64,000 nt of DNA from Chloroflexota bacterium (GTDB lineage Bacteria > Chloroflexota > Limnocylindria > QHBO01): the NCBI GenBank assembly GCA_013816405.1, contig JACDEL010000001.1, positions 30,925-94,924 on the forward strand. The letters are read 5' to 3'. This document shows positions 45,587 through 54,937 of the stretch, piece after piece (the first letter of the stretch is position 1; every line of letters starts with the position of its first letter). Position numbers and translations under genes: made by a program. The notes under the pieces were generated by a model. That model was not told the origin of the DNA. It did not search any database and saw nothing but the letters and a program-made list of their open reading frames with translations.

Positions 45587-46627
45587 GTGCCGTTCGAGCC
45601 GCCGCCAGACCCCCGCCAGGCGCGCCGTACCGCAATCTGGCGGTGGGTCTCGTTCGCAATGGCGCTTTCGCTTGTGGCGCTGGTCGCATACCTGGCCTTC
45701 ATCGGCTACGACGGATCGCAGGCCTTCGCGGCGCATGAGCGCTCAGGCGACTGCCGCACGCCGACCTCTGCATTCGGCTGGGCGTACGAGGCGATCAACT
45801 ACGACCTCGCCTCCGACCAGCAGCTGGACGCGTTCCCGGATCGGACGGAATGCCCACGCGCCGGTCAAACTGCGGGAGCCGACCTCACCGCCAGCGACGG
45901 GGTACGGATCGCCGGCTGGTATATCCCCGCCGGCAATGGCAGTGCAGCCGCCCCGACGGTGGTGCTCGCCCATGGCAATGGCAAGACCAAGAGCGAGATG
46001 CTGGACTGGGCCGAGCCGCTCCACGCCGACTACAACCTCGTCCTCTTCGACTTCCGCAACCACGGGCAGAGCTCCGGCGATATCACCACCCTCGGCGTGC
46101 GCGAGGTCCGCGACCTCCAGGCGATCGTCGACTGGCTGGAGCGCACCAAGTCCCCGCCCTCGATCGCTGTCCTGGGAGTCTCGATGGGGGGCGCGACTGC
46201 CATCGACGAGGCCGCGAGAGACGAACGGGTGGCGGCGGTGATCCTCGACTCCACCCACGCGACGCTGGTCGGTGCCATGCAGCGACAGCTCGAGAGCAGG
46301 GGTCTCCCCCTGGCATTGCCAGGCGCATGGTCGATCCTGCTCGGGGGGTTGCTCCGCACGGGAGAGGACCTCAGCCTCGCCGACCCCGTCCAGGCGATCG
46401 GGCGGATCGGCAACCGCCCGGTGCTGATCGTGGAGGCTGGCGAGGACGACGCCGTCAGTCCGACCGACACGACCGAGCTGAAGGGCGCCGCGCCGGAGAA
46501 GGGGGCTCGCGTCGAGTTGAGGACCTGCCCCAAGGCGAAGCACGGCGAATCGGTCGAGACCTGCTCCTCGGAATATGCCGGCTGGGTGCTCGGCTTCCTC
46601 GAGCGCTCCCTGCCCCACGGGCAATGA
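45587..46627 (+). CDS. membrane-anchored alpha/beta hydrolase
   Basis: N-terminal TM helix. GVSMGG nucleophile elbow with later Asp/His. Confidence 0.75.
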   Translation: MPFEPPPDPRQARRTAIWRWVSFAMALSLVALVAYLAFIGYDGSQAFAAHERSGDCRTPTSAFGWAYEAINYDLASDQQLDAFPDRTECPRAGQTAGADLTASDGVRIAGWYIPAGNGSAAAPTVVLAHGNGKTKSEMLDWAEPLHADYNLVLFDFRNHGQSSGDITTLGVREVRDLQAIVDWLERTKSPPSIAVLGVSMGGATAIDEAARDERVAAVILDSTHATLVGAMQRQLESRGLPLALPGAWSILLGGLLRTGEDLSLADPVQAIGRIGNRPVLIVEAGEDDAVSPTDTTELKGAAPEKGARVELRTCPKAKHGESVETCSSEYAGWVLGFLERSLPHGQ

Positions 46628-47310
46628 GAGGCCATGCGCTGTTCGGGCCAGGGGCGATCCTGGCACTGGCCCTGTCCTCATGCGGTTCGCCGCCCGCCGC
46701 GAGCTTGGCTCCCCATAATTGCCCGACAGCGGCACCAATCGCGGCCGAGACCCCCGCGATCCTGGCCGATGCGCAACGGGCTGTGCTCACAACGAATCTT
46801 GGGACCTTCACGATCGAGCTGCGCCCAACGTCGGCTCCCGTCGCCACCGCCAACTTCGTGGTGCTGGCACGCTGCGACTTCTACGCCGGGATCACCTTTC
46901 ATCGGGTCCTCGCCGGCTTTGTCGTCCAGGCCGGCGACCCGCGGACCAGGACGAATCGCGCCGCGTTCGAGGGGCTCGGAGGCGGGGGGCCGGGCTACCA
47001 GTTCGACGTCGAATTCCCGGACGCGAGGCAGCCCTATGAGCACTACACCGTGGCTATGGCCAACGCCATGCAGTACGACCCCGTTAGCGGCGAGATCACC
47101 AGCGGGAGGGACACCAACGGGAGCCAGTTCTTCATTGACCTCGCCGGCCTGGCGGGTCAGCTGCTCCCCTACTACAGCGTGATCGGCAAGGTGACGGACG
47201 GGACCGAGGTGATCGACGCTATTGGCGCGGTGGCGGTCAACCACCCGCAGGACGGGATTCCGGTGGAACCGGTCATCATCCAGTCGATAACGATCAGATC
47301 CGGATCCTGA
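46624..47310 (+). CDS. peptidyl-prolyl cis-trans isomerase, cyclophilin type (lipoprotein)
   Basis: ATGA overlap. Lipobox LALSSCGS. Cyclophilin motifs (FHRVLAGFVVQAGDP, NGSQFFI). Confidence 0.85.
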   Translation: MRGHALFGPGAILALALSSCGSPPAASLAPHNCPTAAPIAAETPAILADAQRAVLTTNLGTFTIELRPTSAPVATANFVVLARCDFYAGITFHRVLAGFVVQAGDPRTRTNRAAFEGLGGGGPGYQFDVEFPDARQPYEHYTVAMANAMQYDPVSGEITSGRDTNGSQFFIDLAGLAGQLLPYYSVIGKVTDGTEVIDAIGAVAVNHPQDGIPVEPVIIQSITIRSGS

Positions 47311-47369
47311 ACGATCGAATTGGCCTCAAGAAGCGCTTCGAAATGTAAACGATTCTTAGCCCCCAACCA

Positions 47370-47399
47370 TTGACCCAAACCCGACCTCTCGGGTATCCT
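47370..47399 (+). promoter_or_regulatory. sigma70-like promoter candidate (-35 TTGACC, 18-nt spacer, -10 TATCCT)
   Basis: Seen directly, in the lower-GC stretch after the PPIase gene. Confidence 0.3.
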
Positions 47400-47405
47400 T
47401 TTGGG

Positions 47406-47555
47406 GCTGTTCGCACAGCGATTCACCACTGATCGCAAGGCCATGGGTAGGTTTGGGTAAGGGTAGAGCGGGAAACCGCTCGTGAAAGATGCCCTTGCGG
47501 TTAGCGAATCCGGCAGCAACGGAAGGCCCCTCTTCGGAGGGGCCTTCTCCTTTCC
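47406..47555 (+). ncRNA. candidate small RNA (~150 nt) ending in an intrinsic terminator, immediately upstream of tRNA-Arg
   Basis: Promoter-like element at 47370-47399. G-tract block GGGTAGGTTTGGGTAAGGGTAGAGCGGG at 47445-47472. GC hairpin plus T-rich tail at 47522-47558. No ORF. Confidence 0.3.
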
Positions 47556-47558
47556 GTT
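47522..47558 (+). terminator. rho-independent terminator (GAAGGCCCCTC-TTCG-GAGGGGCCTTC + TCCTTTCCGTT)
   Basis: 11-bp perfect stem, a UUCG tetraloop and a T-rich tail. Confidence 0.6.
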
Positions 47559-47573
47559 AGACTCGCTCCCCGC

Positions 47574-47649
47574 GCGCCGGTAGCTCAGTGGATAGAGCGT
47601 CGGCCTCCGGAGCCGAAGGTCGCAGGTTCGAATCCTGTCCGGCGCGCCA
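47574..47649 (+). tRNA. tRNA-Arg (CCG)
   Basis: Manual cloverleaf. Acceptor GCGCCGG/CCGGCGC, anticodon loop CUCCGGA, T-loop TTCGAAT, encoded CCA. Confidence 0.9.
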
Positions 47650-47664
47650 TCCCGTCCACCCCGC

Positions 47665-49548
47665 TCACGGGGCCGGGGGCTGCTCCATCGCGGCGACCCC
47701 CCCAAGAGTCGTGGCCGAGGTCTGGAGGATCCAGTAGCTCTCCCACACCCCGTTGACGATGTAGAACCACTTCCCGCTCTGTCCCGGCAGCGTGCTGTAT
47801 CGGCTGGTTGGGCCGGGCGAGACCTTGGTCAGCGTAAATGTCAGCGTGCCGGCTGGAACGCCGTAGGCGCTGAATCTCCGGCCGGTGTAGGTGCCGGGCT
47901 GGAACCAGAGGTTTCGCGGAGGGTCGTAGATCGCGATCGGTGCGGGGGGCGGCGGCGGCGGAGCGCCGAGCGTCGTTCCCGACGCGGGGAACCAGTAGCC
48001 TTCCCAGATCCCCGCCGTGATGTAGTACCAGTCGCCGGATTGGCGAGGGATCGAGCTGTGCTGCGTGGTCCACGTCTTCGAGCTGGACGCGAGCGTAAAT
48101 GACTTCGAGCCGATGATCGTCCCGTAGCTGTCGAACCGGCGTCCGACGTGGGGACCCGCCGGGATGCCGAGCGGGCGCGCCGTCGCGAAGGTCTCGCTGA
48201 AGGGGGTCGCAGGAGCCGCGTTCAGCGTGACCGCCGCGCTCTCCTGGATCCACGTCCCAGCCCACACCCCGCCACTGATAAGGTACCAGCGCCCGGCCTG
48301 GTTGGGGATGGTTGCCCGCTGGGTGGTCGGCGCGGCCGAGCCATGTGGCAGCGTATAGGTTCTCGTCGACGTCACGACGCCGGTCGGGCTGAACAGGCGT
48401 CCCACATGAGTGCCAGCCGCAAACGTAAGCGTCCGCGGCGGATTGAAGATCTCCCCCGCCCACGAGTTGATCTGGGCAGCCACATCAGACCGGATCTGGG
48501 GAAGCATCGCGTAGAGCACCGATCCGGGGCAGCTGGTAGCGCTGTAATCCCGATGACCGCCGATGTTGGGCCTGTTGCGCGCCAGCCCGGTAACCGGGTT
48601 GACGTACGTGCCACTCCCCTTCGGATCGATGTGATACCTGGCGGCCGCCCACGCCAGCAGCTTGACCAGCGATGCACGCGCGGCCGCGGTGGGCGCCCGG
48701 GTCGAGAAGGTCCCGAGCATGCCGATTCCCATCGTCCCGGGGTTCTGGTACTTGGCATGGCCGCCGGCCACGGCCGCTCCGGCCAGGTTGTCCGAGGTGG
48801 GGCTGGCGCCGTTCCAGAAGTCTCGTGCGTAGCGCCCTTCGTAGATGCGGCCCGCCTCGTCGATCAGGTATGCGTAGCCGATGTCGCCCCAGCGTTGGGT
48901 GACCGCGTGGTAGTAGTAGATCGCCCGGACGGTGGCCGCCGGGTTTGGATCGGCATTTCGCCCGGCGGTGTGATGGACGACGAGCTTCTGCAGGGGGAAA
49001 TACTCACGCGGCCACTGCTCATCGCCGGCAGGGTCGAAGCGCAGGGACTCGTCCGCGCCCCAGGCGAGGCGCGAGATTACCCCCGGCATGGTCGTCAGGC
49101 CTTCCGCTTGGGCGCTGAGCCCGAGCGGGAGCGGGTCTGGCCCGGAGGCGTCCAGGGCGAGGACCGTGACCCTTGCCAGCGGTCGATCGGCCAGGACGCG
49201 CACGACGCTGACCCCGTCGACGCCGATCAGGTCGCCGTAGCTCTCCCCGCCTCCCTCCCCATCCGCGTCGACCTCCACCGGGGCGGGCTCGGAGAAGACC
49301 CTGCCGTCTTTGCTGAGCGAGACCGAGACCGCGGCACTCGGCTGCCCTGCCCAGTGGATGGCGACGTGCGTCGCGGATGACGAGATGGCGAAGTCATGAG
49401 CGCCATCGACGGCGTGGATTGTCTCCGAGGCGCGCACCCTGACGGGCTCGGGCTCGACCGAGGGGGCCGCTGGCGCGAGTGCGACGACAAGGATGGCCGC
49501 CGCCACTGCGGCCGAGAACGGACGGCCGAATCGGGAACTGAGATGCAT
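47665..49548 (-). CDS. secreted N-acetylmuramoyl-L-alanine amidase (amidase_2/PGRP domain) with three C-terminal ~85-aa repeats
   Basis: Signal peptide. VVHHTAG...GYAYLID...GGHRDYSATSCPG amidase_2 motifs. Three repeats of the pattern G(T)xxGRxFS..G..T.T...IP.Q.G.WY.I..G.W.G.W. Confidence 0.8.
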   Translation of the reverse strand: MHLSSRFGRPFSAAVAAAILVVALAPAAPSVEPEPVRVRASETIHAVDGAHDFAISSSATHVAIHWAGQPSAAVSVSLSKDGRVFSEPAPVEVDADGEGGGESYGDLIGVDGVSVVRVLADRPLARVTVLALDASGPDPLPLGLSAQAEGLTTMPGVISRLAWGADESLRFDPAGDEQWPREYFPLQKLVVHHTAGRNADPNPAATVRAIYYYHAVTQRWGDIGYAYLIDEAGRIYEGRYARDFWNGASPTSDNLAGAAVAGGHAKYQNPGTMGIGMLGTFSTRAPTAAARASLVKLLAWAAARYHIDPKGSGTYVNPVTGLARNRPNIGGHRDYSATSCPGSVLYAMLPQIRSDVAAQINSWAGEIFNPPRTLTFAAGTHVGRLFSPTGVVTSTRTYTLPHGSAAPTTQRATIPNQAGRWYLISGGVWAGTWIQESAAVTLNAAPATPFSETFATARPLGIPAGPHVGRRFDSYGTIIGSKSFTLASSSKTWTTQHSSIPRQSGDWYYITAGIWEGYWFPASGTTLGAPPPPPPAPIAIYDPPRNLWFQPGTYTGRRFSAYGVPAGTLTFTLTKVSPGPTSRYSTLPGQSGKWFYIVNGVWESYWILQTSATTLGGVAAMEQPPAP

Positions 49549-49693
49549 GGAGGACTACTGGGCCTCGGACGGGTTTGGATCGATCGCCACCACCGTAGAC
49601 CTGATGCTGGCAGAACGACCCTCACCCGGACTGTCCATTTCGACCGGGACCATCGGCCCGACCGAGCGCCGGGCCATCGGTCATCATCGGTTC

Positions 49694-50686
49694 ATGCCAG
49701 GCCTGATCCGACGTGACCGCCTCGCGCGCGAGAAGGAAGAGGAACGCCTCTCCGCCGCGGCGGCCCGATCGACGCAGAGTCGTGGCCGCGTGCGCCCCGA
49801 AGAGCCGGACCGATTCCGCACCGCGTACGAGCGCGACCGCGACCGAATCATCTACTCCAAGGCGTTCCGGCGCCTGAAGCACAAGACGCAGGTCTACCTG
49901 AACCCCGAGGGCGATCACTTCGTCACTCGCCTGACGCACACCGTGCAGGTGGCGCAGATCGCTCACGCGCTGGCCGCCGGCCTCTCCCTCAACGAGCCGC
50001 TGGCCGAGGCGATCGCACTGGGTCACGACGTCGGTCACACCCCCTTCGGGCACACCGGGGAAGAGGCGCTTTCCCCCTACTTCCCACCCGAGGGATGGCA
50101 CCACGCCGCCCAGAGCGTGCGGGTCTACGAGGTGCTCGAAGACCTCAACCTGACCTGGGAGGTGCGCGACGGGATCCGGGCCCACTCCTGGAGGATCGAG
50201 CCGCCCCCCTCGACGCAGGAGGCACTCTGCGTCCGGTACGCGGACCGCATCGCCTACCTGGCCCACGATGCGCTCGACGCCATCCGGGCAGGCGTCCTGG
50301 AGGCCGATTCCTTCCCGGCTGCCGTGCTGGTGCGCTTCGGCGAGCCGGGACGGGTCTGGATTGGCGAGATGATCGACGCGGTGCTTGACCACTCGCTGCG
50401 GGTCGGGGAGGTCCGCATGGATGACGACACGCTGGCCGTCATGCACGAGCTGCGCGCGTTCATGTTCGAGCGGGTCTACCTTGCCCCGTCTCTGCTCCGA
50501 GAGCAGCGCGGCGCCATCGACATGCTGCGCGCACTGGTCGATCACCACCTGGCGCATCCGGACCAGATCCCGCCCACCTATCGGGAGGCCGATGCACCGC
50601 TCGTCACCCAGGTCGCCGACTACGTCGCCGGCATGACCGACCGTTACGCGCTGGCTGCCCATCAGCGCATCGTCCGGGCCGGCTAG
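49694..50686 (+). CDS. dGTP triphosphohydrolase-like HD-domain protein
   Basis: HD motif (LGHDVGHTPFGH) and dGTPase-like composition. Confidence 0.8.
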   Translation: MPGLIRRDRLAREKEEERLSAAAARSTQSRGRVRPEEPDRFRTAYERDRDRIIYSKAFRRLKHKTQVYLNPEGDHFVTRLTHTVQVAQIAHALAAGLSLNEPLAEAIALGHDVGHTPFGHTGEEALSPYFPPEGWHHAAQSVRVYEVLEDLNLTWEVRDGIRAHSWRIEPPPSTQEALCVRYADRIAYLAHDALDAIRAGVLEADSFPAAVLVRFGEPGRVWIGEMIDAVLDHSLRVGEVRMDDDTLAVMHELRAFMFERVYLAPSLLREQRGAIDMLRALVDHHLAHPDQIPPTYREADAPLVTQVADYVAGMTDRYALAAHQRIVRAG

Positions 50687-51030
50687 GGCACGGGGCTCTC
50701 GGCAGCAAAGAGCAGGACGCTGCCGTCGTCGCAGTCGAGGTAGATGCGACTCGGCCGGTCAGCAGCCGAAGGCGACGACGTGCTCCCCGGCGGGCCCCAC
50801 ACCGTTCGCGTGGTCAGGCCGATGAAGGTCGAGCCGATCTCCACCGGCGCACCCTCCGCGAAGCTCGGCTGCGGCCGATGCGATCCGGTCGGCAGGTACA
50901 CGCGGTCGCCCCACTGCAGCCGGTCCGGGCAGCCTTCCAGGCGATCGAATGCCTTCGACATGCCCCACAGCCCGACCGCAAGGAAGACGACGATTGCCAG
51001 CGTGCCGCAGCCGATCGCGCGCCAGTTCAC
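50683..51030 (-). CDS. hypothetical membrane-anchored protein
   Basis: N-terminal TM helix. Stop overlaps the dGTPase stop region. Start overlaps the acylphosphatase stop. Confidence 0.4.
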   Translation of the reverse strand: MNWRAIGCGTLAIVVFLAVGLWGMSKAFDRLEGCPDRLQWGDRVYLPTGSHRPQPSFAEGAPVEIGSTFIGLTTRTVWGPPGSTSSPSAADRPSRIYLDCDDGSVLLFAAESPVP

Positions 51031-51329
51031 GGCCGGGTGATCTGAAAGCGCCCGTAGGTGCCGGACGCTGGGGAGCGGGTGGCCTCCACCCGATCGACCA
51101 CCGCCCCGGGAGGCCCCTGGCGCAACATCCGTTCAAGCTGACCGAGCGAGGCGGCGCTTCCCTCGGCAAGCACCTCTACCGACCGCTCGTCGGCGCCGTT
51201 CATGACCCAGCCGGTCAGCCCAAGCCGATCCGCGGCCGAGCCGACCCACCAGCGGAATCCGACCCCCTGGACTCGCCCGATGATCGTGGCGGTGAGACGC
51301 TCGACGTCCCCCGCCGGAGCGCCACTCAC
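51027..51329 (-). CDS. acylphosphatase
   Basis: GRVQGVGFR motif. Confidence 0.75.
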   Translation of the reverse strand: MSGAPAGDVERLTATIIGRVQGVGFRWWVGSAADRLGLTGWVMNGADERSVEVLAEGSAASLGQLERMLRQGPPGAVVDRVEATRSPASGTYGRFQITRP

Positions 51330-52438
51330 CGGGGCGCCTGGGTCGGCCAGGAGAGCATCGCCACCTCGAGGGCCAGGCGAGGAGCGGCGTTCTGGCGCAG
51401 GCCATCCCGAATCCGCTCGAGGAGCCCGATGAAGTCGCCGATCGCGGGCTGACCGATCCGTTCCGCGATCTCCGGCAGCTCCGGATCCAAAGCCGCGGCC
51501 GCGGCGATCTGCGGTCGGCCCGCGGCGGCCACGGCGAGGTCTCTCGCCAGGCCCAACCAGGCCTCGACGATGAGCAGCGCGGCCTCGCGTTGCGCGCCGC
51601 CGGTCGGTCGCACCCCGTCCTCGATCACCTGCACCTCGCCCTCGCTCGGCTGCTCGACGCCGATCCGCGCGGCGTCGTCAAGGAGCTCGCGGACCGAGCT
51701 GAAGCGATCCGCCCGGCCACGCCCCATCAGCTCCAGTAGCTCGCGTTGCGTTCGACGACGCCAATCCACCAGCCGGGGGGCTCGGGCGTATCCGATCGCC
51801 GTGCCGGCCATGCCGCCCGCAATCCGCGCCAGGGCGTCGGCCTGGTCGGCCGGCAGGCGCTCCCGATCGACGAGCCAGGCGACCAGCTCGGCATGCGGCA
51901 CCGATCCGACCCGCAATGACTGGCTCCGGGACCGGATGGTGGGCAGGACCCTGGTCGGCTCATCCGCCACCAGGACGAACATGTGCCGGCTGGTCGGCTC
52001 CTCGAGAGCCTTCAGCAGCGAATTCTGGGTCTGCTCGTTTGCGCGATCGACCCCCTCGACCAAGATGACGCGCCGCTCGCCGACGATCGGGGCACCTGCG
52101 CTGTCGGCGAGCCAGCTGCGTGCCGCCGCGACGATGCTCTCCCCGGTCGATCGATCCTCCCGCCACCGTTCGGGCGATCCAATCACCAGGTCCGGGTGCG
52201 TGCGGGCACGTGCCGCGCGACAGCCGGGACAGACGTTGCAGGGCCGCTCGCCACCAACCGCCTGACAGAGGAGCAGCGCCAGCAGGTCGTCGACAAAAGC
52301 CCCCTTCCCGCTACCTGCGGGGCCATGGATCAGGAGGGTTCGCTGCAGGCGACCGCGGGCCGCCGAGTGCTGGACGATCGTCCGGGAGGTCGCTTGGCCG
52401 AGGCTGAGAAAGCCCGCCTCCGACGTCATCTGGGTCAT
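51326..52438 (-). CDS. holB: DNA polymerase III delta' subunit
   Basis: HGPAGSGK Walker A, CNVCPGCR zinc module, SRSQ sensor. Confidence 0.8.
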   Translation of the reverse strand: MTQMTSEAGFLSLGQATSRTIVQHSAARGRLQRTLLIHGPAGSGKGAFVDDLLALLLCQAVGGERPCNVCPGCRAARARTHPDLVIGSPERWREDRSTGESIVAAARSWLADSAGAPIVGERRVILVEGVDRANEQTQNSLLKALEEPTSRHMFVLVADEPTRVLPTIRSRSQSLRVGSVPHAELVAWLVDRERLPADQADALARIAGGMAGTAIGYARAPRLVDWRRRTQRELLELMGRGRADRFSSVRELLDDAARIGVEQPSEGEVQVIEDGVRPTGGAQREAALLIVEAWLGLARDLAVAAAGRPQIAAAAALDPELPEIAERIGQPAIGDFIGLLERIRDGLRQNAAPRLALEVAMLSWPTQAPR

Positions 52439-52659
52439 CGCCGGAGTATAGGCAGGGCAGCCGGTAAGCCCTCAGTAAGGAGCCGATCAGGCCTCTTCGC
52501 CACCATGCCCCTGCCCCGCCGAACCGCTCGGGCACGCGCGCTGGCGGCCGGCCGGCAACCGGATCCGCCGCACCGGAAGGCGGCCGGCGGGGCGCCAGAT
52601 TCGGAATGATGCAATACTTGGGCACGCCCCCAAACCTGAGAACCAAGGAGATGTGAGCC

Positions 52660-53400
52660 ATGGCCGATCAGGTAACGACCACTGCCAGGTCGATGGTCGA
52701 GCGACTGCTCGACCCAAAGATCCAGGACAACGTGACGAAGCGCAGCCGCGCCCTCATGACCGCCATCGCCGAGGCCGCGCAGACGGCTTCTGACCGCGCA
52801 GCCGGCGGCTGGCGCGACGCCGAGCCGATCCGTCGCGATGCCGCACGTGCGGGCCGCGATGCACTGCGCTGGGGCAGCCGGGCGTGGCGCCAGGAGATGC
52901 TTCCGGGCCTCACCCAGCTGTGGGACAAGCGAACCGTCGCGCTCGGCGCGGCCGGCGCGGCAGTTCCCGTGGCGCGCGAGCTGATCGACGACGCCGCTGT
53001 CCGGATGGGCATTCGCGCGCGCCGCGAACAACGCCACTGGGGAAGCTTCTTCGTTGGGCTTCTGCTCGGCGCTGCAGGTGGCCTGATCGCGGCCATCCTG
53101 ACTGCCCCGAAGGCCGGCCGCCAGATGCGGGACGAGCTGGCGGTGACCGCCAAGGACGCTGCCACCCGCGCCCGCGAGGTGGCCTCAACGGGTGCTCGAG
53201 AGGTGGCGACCCGCGCACGCGAGGTGGCCGAATCCGCCGGCGACTGGGTCCCGATCTTTCAGCGACCGGAGGCTGACGGCGAGCTGAACGGCGAGCCGAT
53301 CACACCGATTGCCGACACGATCGAGACGCCAGCGATCACTCCGCCTGCGCCGGCCCGGAAGAGAACTCCCAAGCGGACCACCATCGACGAGGTCGAGTAG
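52660..53400 (+). CDS. hypothetical protein with single TM (YtxH-like composition)
   Basis: AAGGAG RBS. One TM helix, then a charged repeat region (ATRAREVASTGAREVATRAREVAES). Confidence 0.5.
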   Translation: MADQVTTTARSMVERLLDPKIQDNVTKRSRALMTAIAEAAQTASDRAAGGWRDAEPIRRDAARAGRDALRWGSRAWRQEMLPGLTQLWDKRTVALGAAGAAVPVARELIDDAAVRMGIRARREQRHWGSFFVGLLLGAAGGLIAAILTAPKAGRQMRDELAVTAKDAATRAREVASTGAREVATRAREVAESAGDWVPIFQRPEADGELNGEPITPIADTIETPAITPPAPARKRTPKRTTIDEVE

Positions 53401-53470
53401 GACCCTCGGCTTAGCTCGAACATCTTCGCAAGAGGCCGGCCCGCGAGCCGGCCTCTCTGTGTCCGGGGAG

Positions 53471-54862
53471 TTACGGAGCCTTGGTCCGAGCGCCCCTGAA
53501 GCGCTGCCAGATTCCCTCTTCGGCGCCCTCCGTGAGGCCCTCGCCGGGTGCAGGCTCGGCGGCTGGCTTGGCGCGCGACCTGGTTCGTGGCTTCGACGCG
53601 GCTGCGTCGCCAGTCTCGTCGCCCTTGGCCTTGGGCGTCCGGCCGCGCGGCCTGCTCGTGCCGCCGGCTGACTCATCCCCAGAGGAGGCCGTTGCGGGAG
53701 TGGCCGCGCGGGTGCGGCCCCGTTTCGGCTTGGGAGCCTCTGTCGGCTCTGCCGCGGCTGGTGCCTCGACTGGCTTGCGGCCCCGCCTCGGCTTCGGAGC
53801 CTCCGCGGTAGGAACCTCTGCAGCGCCAGTCTCCGTGGCAGGAGCCGCGGCGACCTCGTCGGAGGGGAGCAGCCCGAGCTCGGCCAGCGTCTCGGCATCG
53901 GCCTCCTCGAAGGAGTACTCGCGGACCTCCTCAGCTTCGCCCTGGCTTGCCCGCGAAAGGTCGTCGTGCTCGGTCCAGCCGATGGGAGCGTCGGCGGGAG
54001 CAGGAGCGTCGGCGGGAGCAGGAGCGTCGGCCGTAGTGGTCACCTCATCGGTGTGAGCCCGACCGCGACCGCGGCCACGACCTCCACGCCGCCGACGGCG
54101 CCGGCGAGCCTCACCGGTCGTACCGTCGGCCGCGGCTTCAGCAGCGGTCGGAGCCTCAGGGGGCTCCTCGGTTCCGGGCGCCATTGCCTCGAGGACGGGT
54201 TCTGGGCGAGCGCCTCCGCGTCCGCGGCCGCGCGAGGCGGGCTTGGCTCCGCCTTCGCGGATCGCTGCCAGGGCGGCTGCTGCCACGGCGGCTGGAGCCT
54301 CGCGGAACCCGAACTCGGGGACGACCTCCTTGGCGGGCATCGGCGGGGCGCTCATCACCTTGCTGGCCTTATCGGCATCCTTGCCGCGACCGATGCCGAT
54401 GATCTTCATGATGTCGATGAACTCATCGGCGACCGCGATCAGGTCCGAGCTGGTATTGGGCCGGAAGCTGATCACCTCGCAGCGGACACCCTTGTCCTGG
54501 AGCGCGCGGATGGCCGGAGCGAAGTCGCCGTCTCCGGAGACGATGACCGCGATGTCCATGCGGTCGGCGAGCCGGAAGAGATCGACGACCAGCTCGATGT
54601 CCAGGTTGGCCTTGACGCGGCCATCGCCGAACTTCCGGATGTCCTTGTGAACGACCTTGTAGTCGTTCTTGCCGAGGAAGTCGATGAACTTGCGCTGGTT
54701 CTCATTCTCCGGGTCGAGCCCGGAATAGGCGTAGGCGCGAATCAGGTCGCGCCCCTTGGTGGCCGCTTTCAGGAGGGCGACGTAATCGACGTCGACCTCC
54801 AGGCCGCGGGCCGAGTAGTAAAGGTTGGCAACGTCAACGAAGACGGCCACGTTCTTGCTCAA
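53471..54862 (-). CDS. NYN-domain (LabA-like) protein with long disordered Ala/Pro/Arg-rich tail containing RGG and AT-hook-like motifs
   Basis: N-terminal VFVDVANLYY...DIAVIVSGDGDF (NYN/PIN-like). The tail carries RRRRRRRGGRGRGRGR, KPRRGRKP, KPKRGRTR and RPRGRTPK. An 18-nt tandem DNA repeat at 53987-54036 encodes APAPADAPAPADAP. Confidence 0.7.
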   Translation of the reverse strand: MSKNVAVFVDVANLYYSARGLEVDVDYVALLKAATKGRDLIRAYAYSGLDPENENQRKFIDFLGKNDYKVVHKDIRKFGDGRVKANLDIELVVDLFRLADRMDIAVIVSGDGDFAPAIRALQDKGVRCEVISFRPNTSSDLIAVADEFIDIMKIIGIGRGKDADKASKVMSAPPMPAKEVVPEFGFREAPAAVAAAALAAIREGGAKPASRGRGRGGARPEPVLEAMAPGTEEPPEAPTAAEAAADGTTGEARRRRRRRGGRGRGRGRAHTDEVTTTADAPAPADAPAPADAPIGWTEHDDLSRASQGEAEEVREYSFEEADAETLAELGLLPSDEVAAAPATETGAAEVPTAEAPKPRRGRKPVEAPAAAEPTEAPKPKRGRTRAATPATASSGDESAGGTSRPRGRTPKAKGDETGDAAASKPRTRSRAKPAAEPAPGEGLTEGAEEGIWQRFRGARTKAP

Positions 54863-54937
54863 GTGAGCTTCTCCTAGTTTCTATTTCGATGCGGTTGACA
54901 CTGCGGAGTCCCGGCCCGGCGCGCCCCGTCTGAACGT

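Noticed and set aside
44380-47665. Genomic island integrated at tRNA-Asp or tRNA-Arg
   Set aside because: Apart from the truncated peptidase fragment next to tRNA-Asp, there is no integrase, no att duplication and no compositional shift. The flanking genes are ordinary envelope and housekeeping genes.
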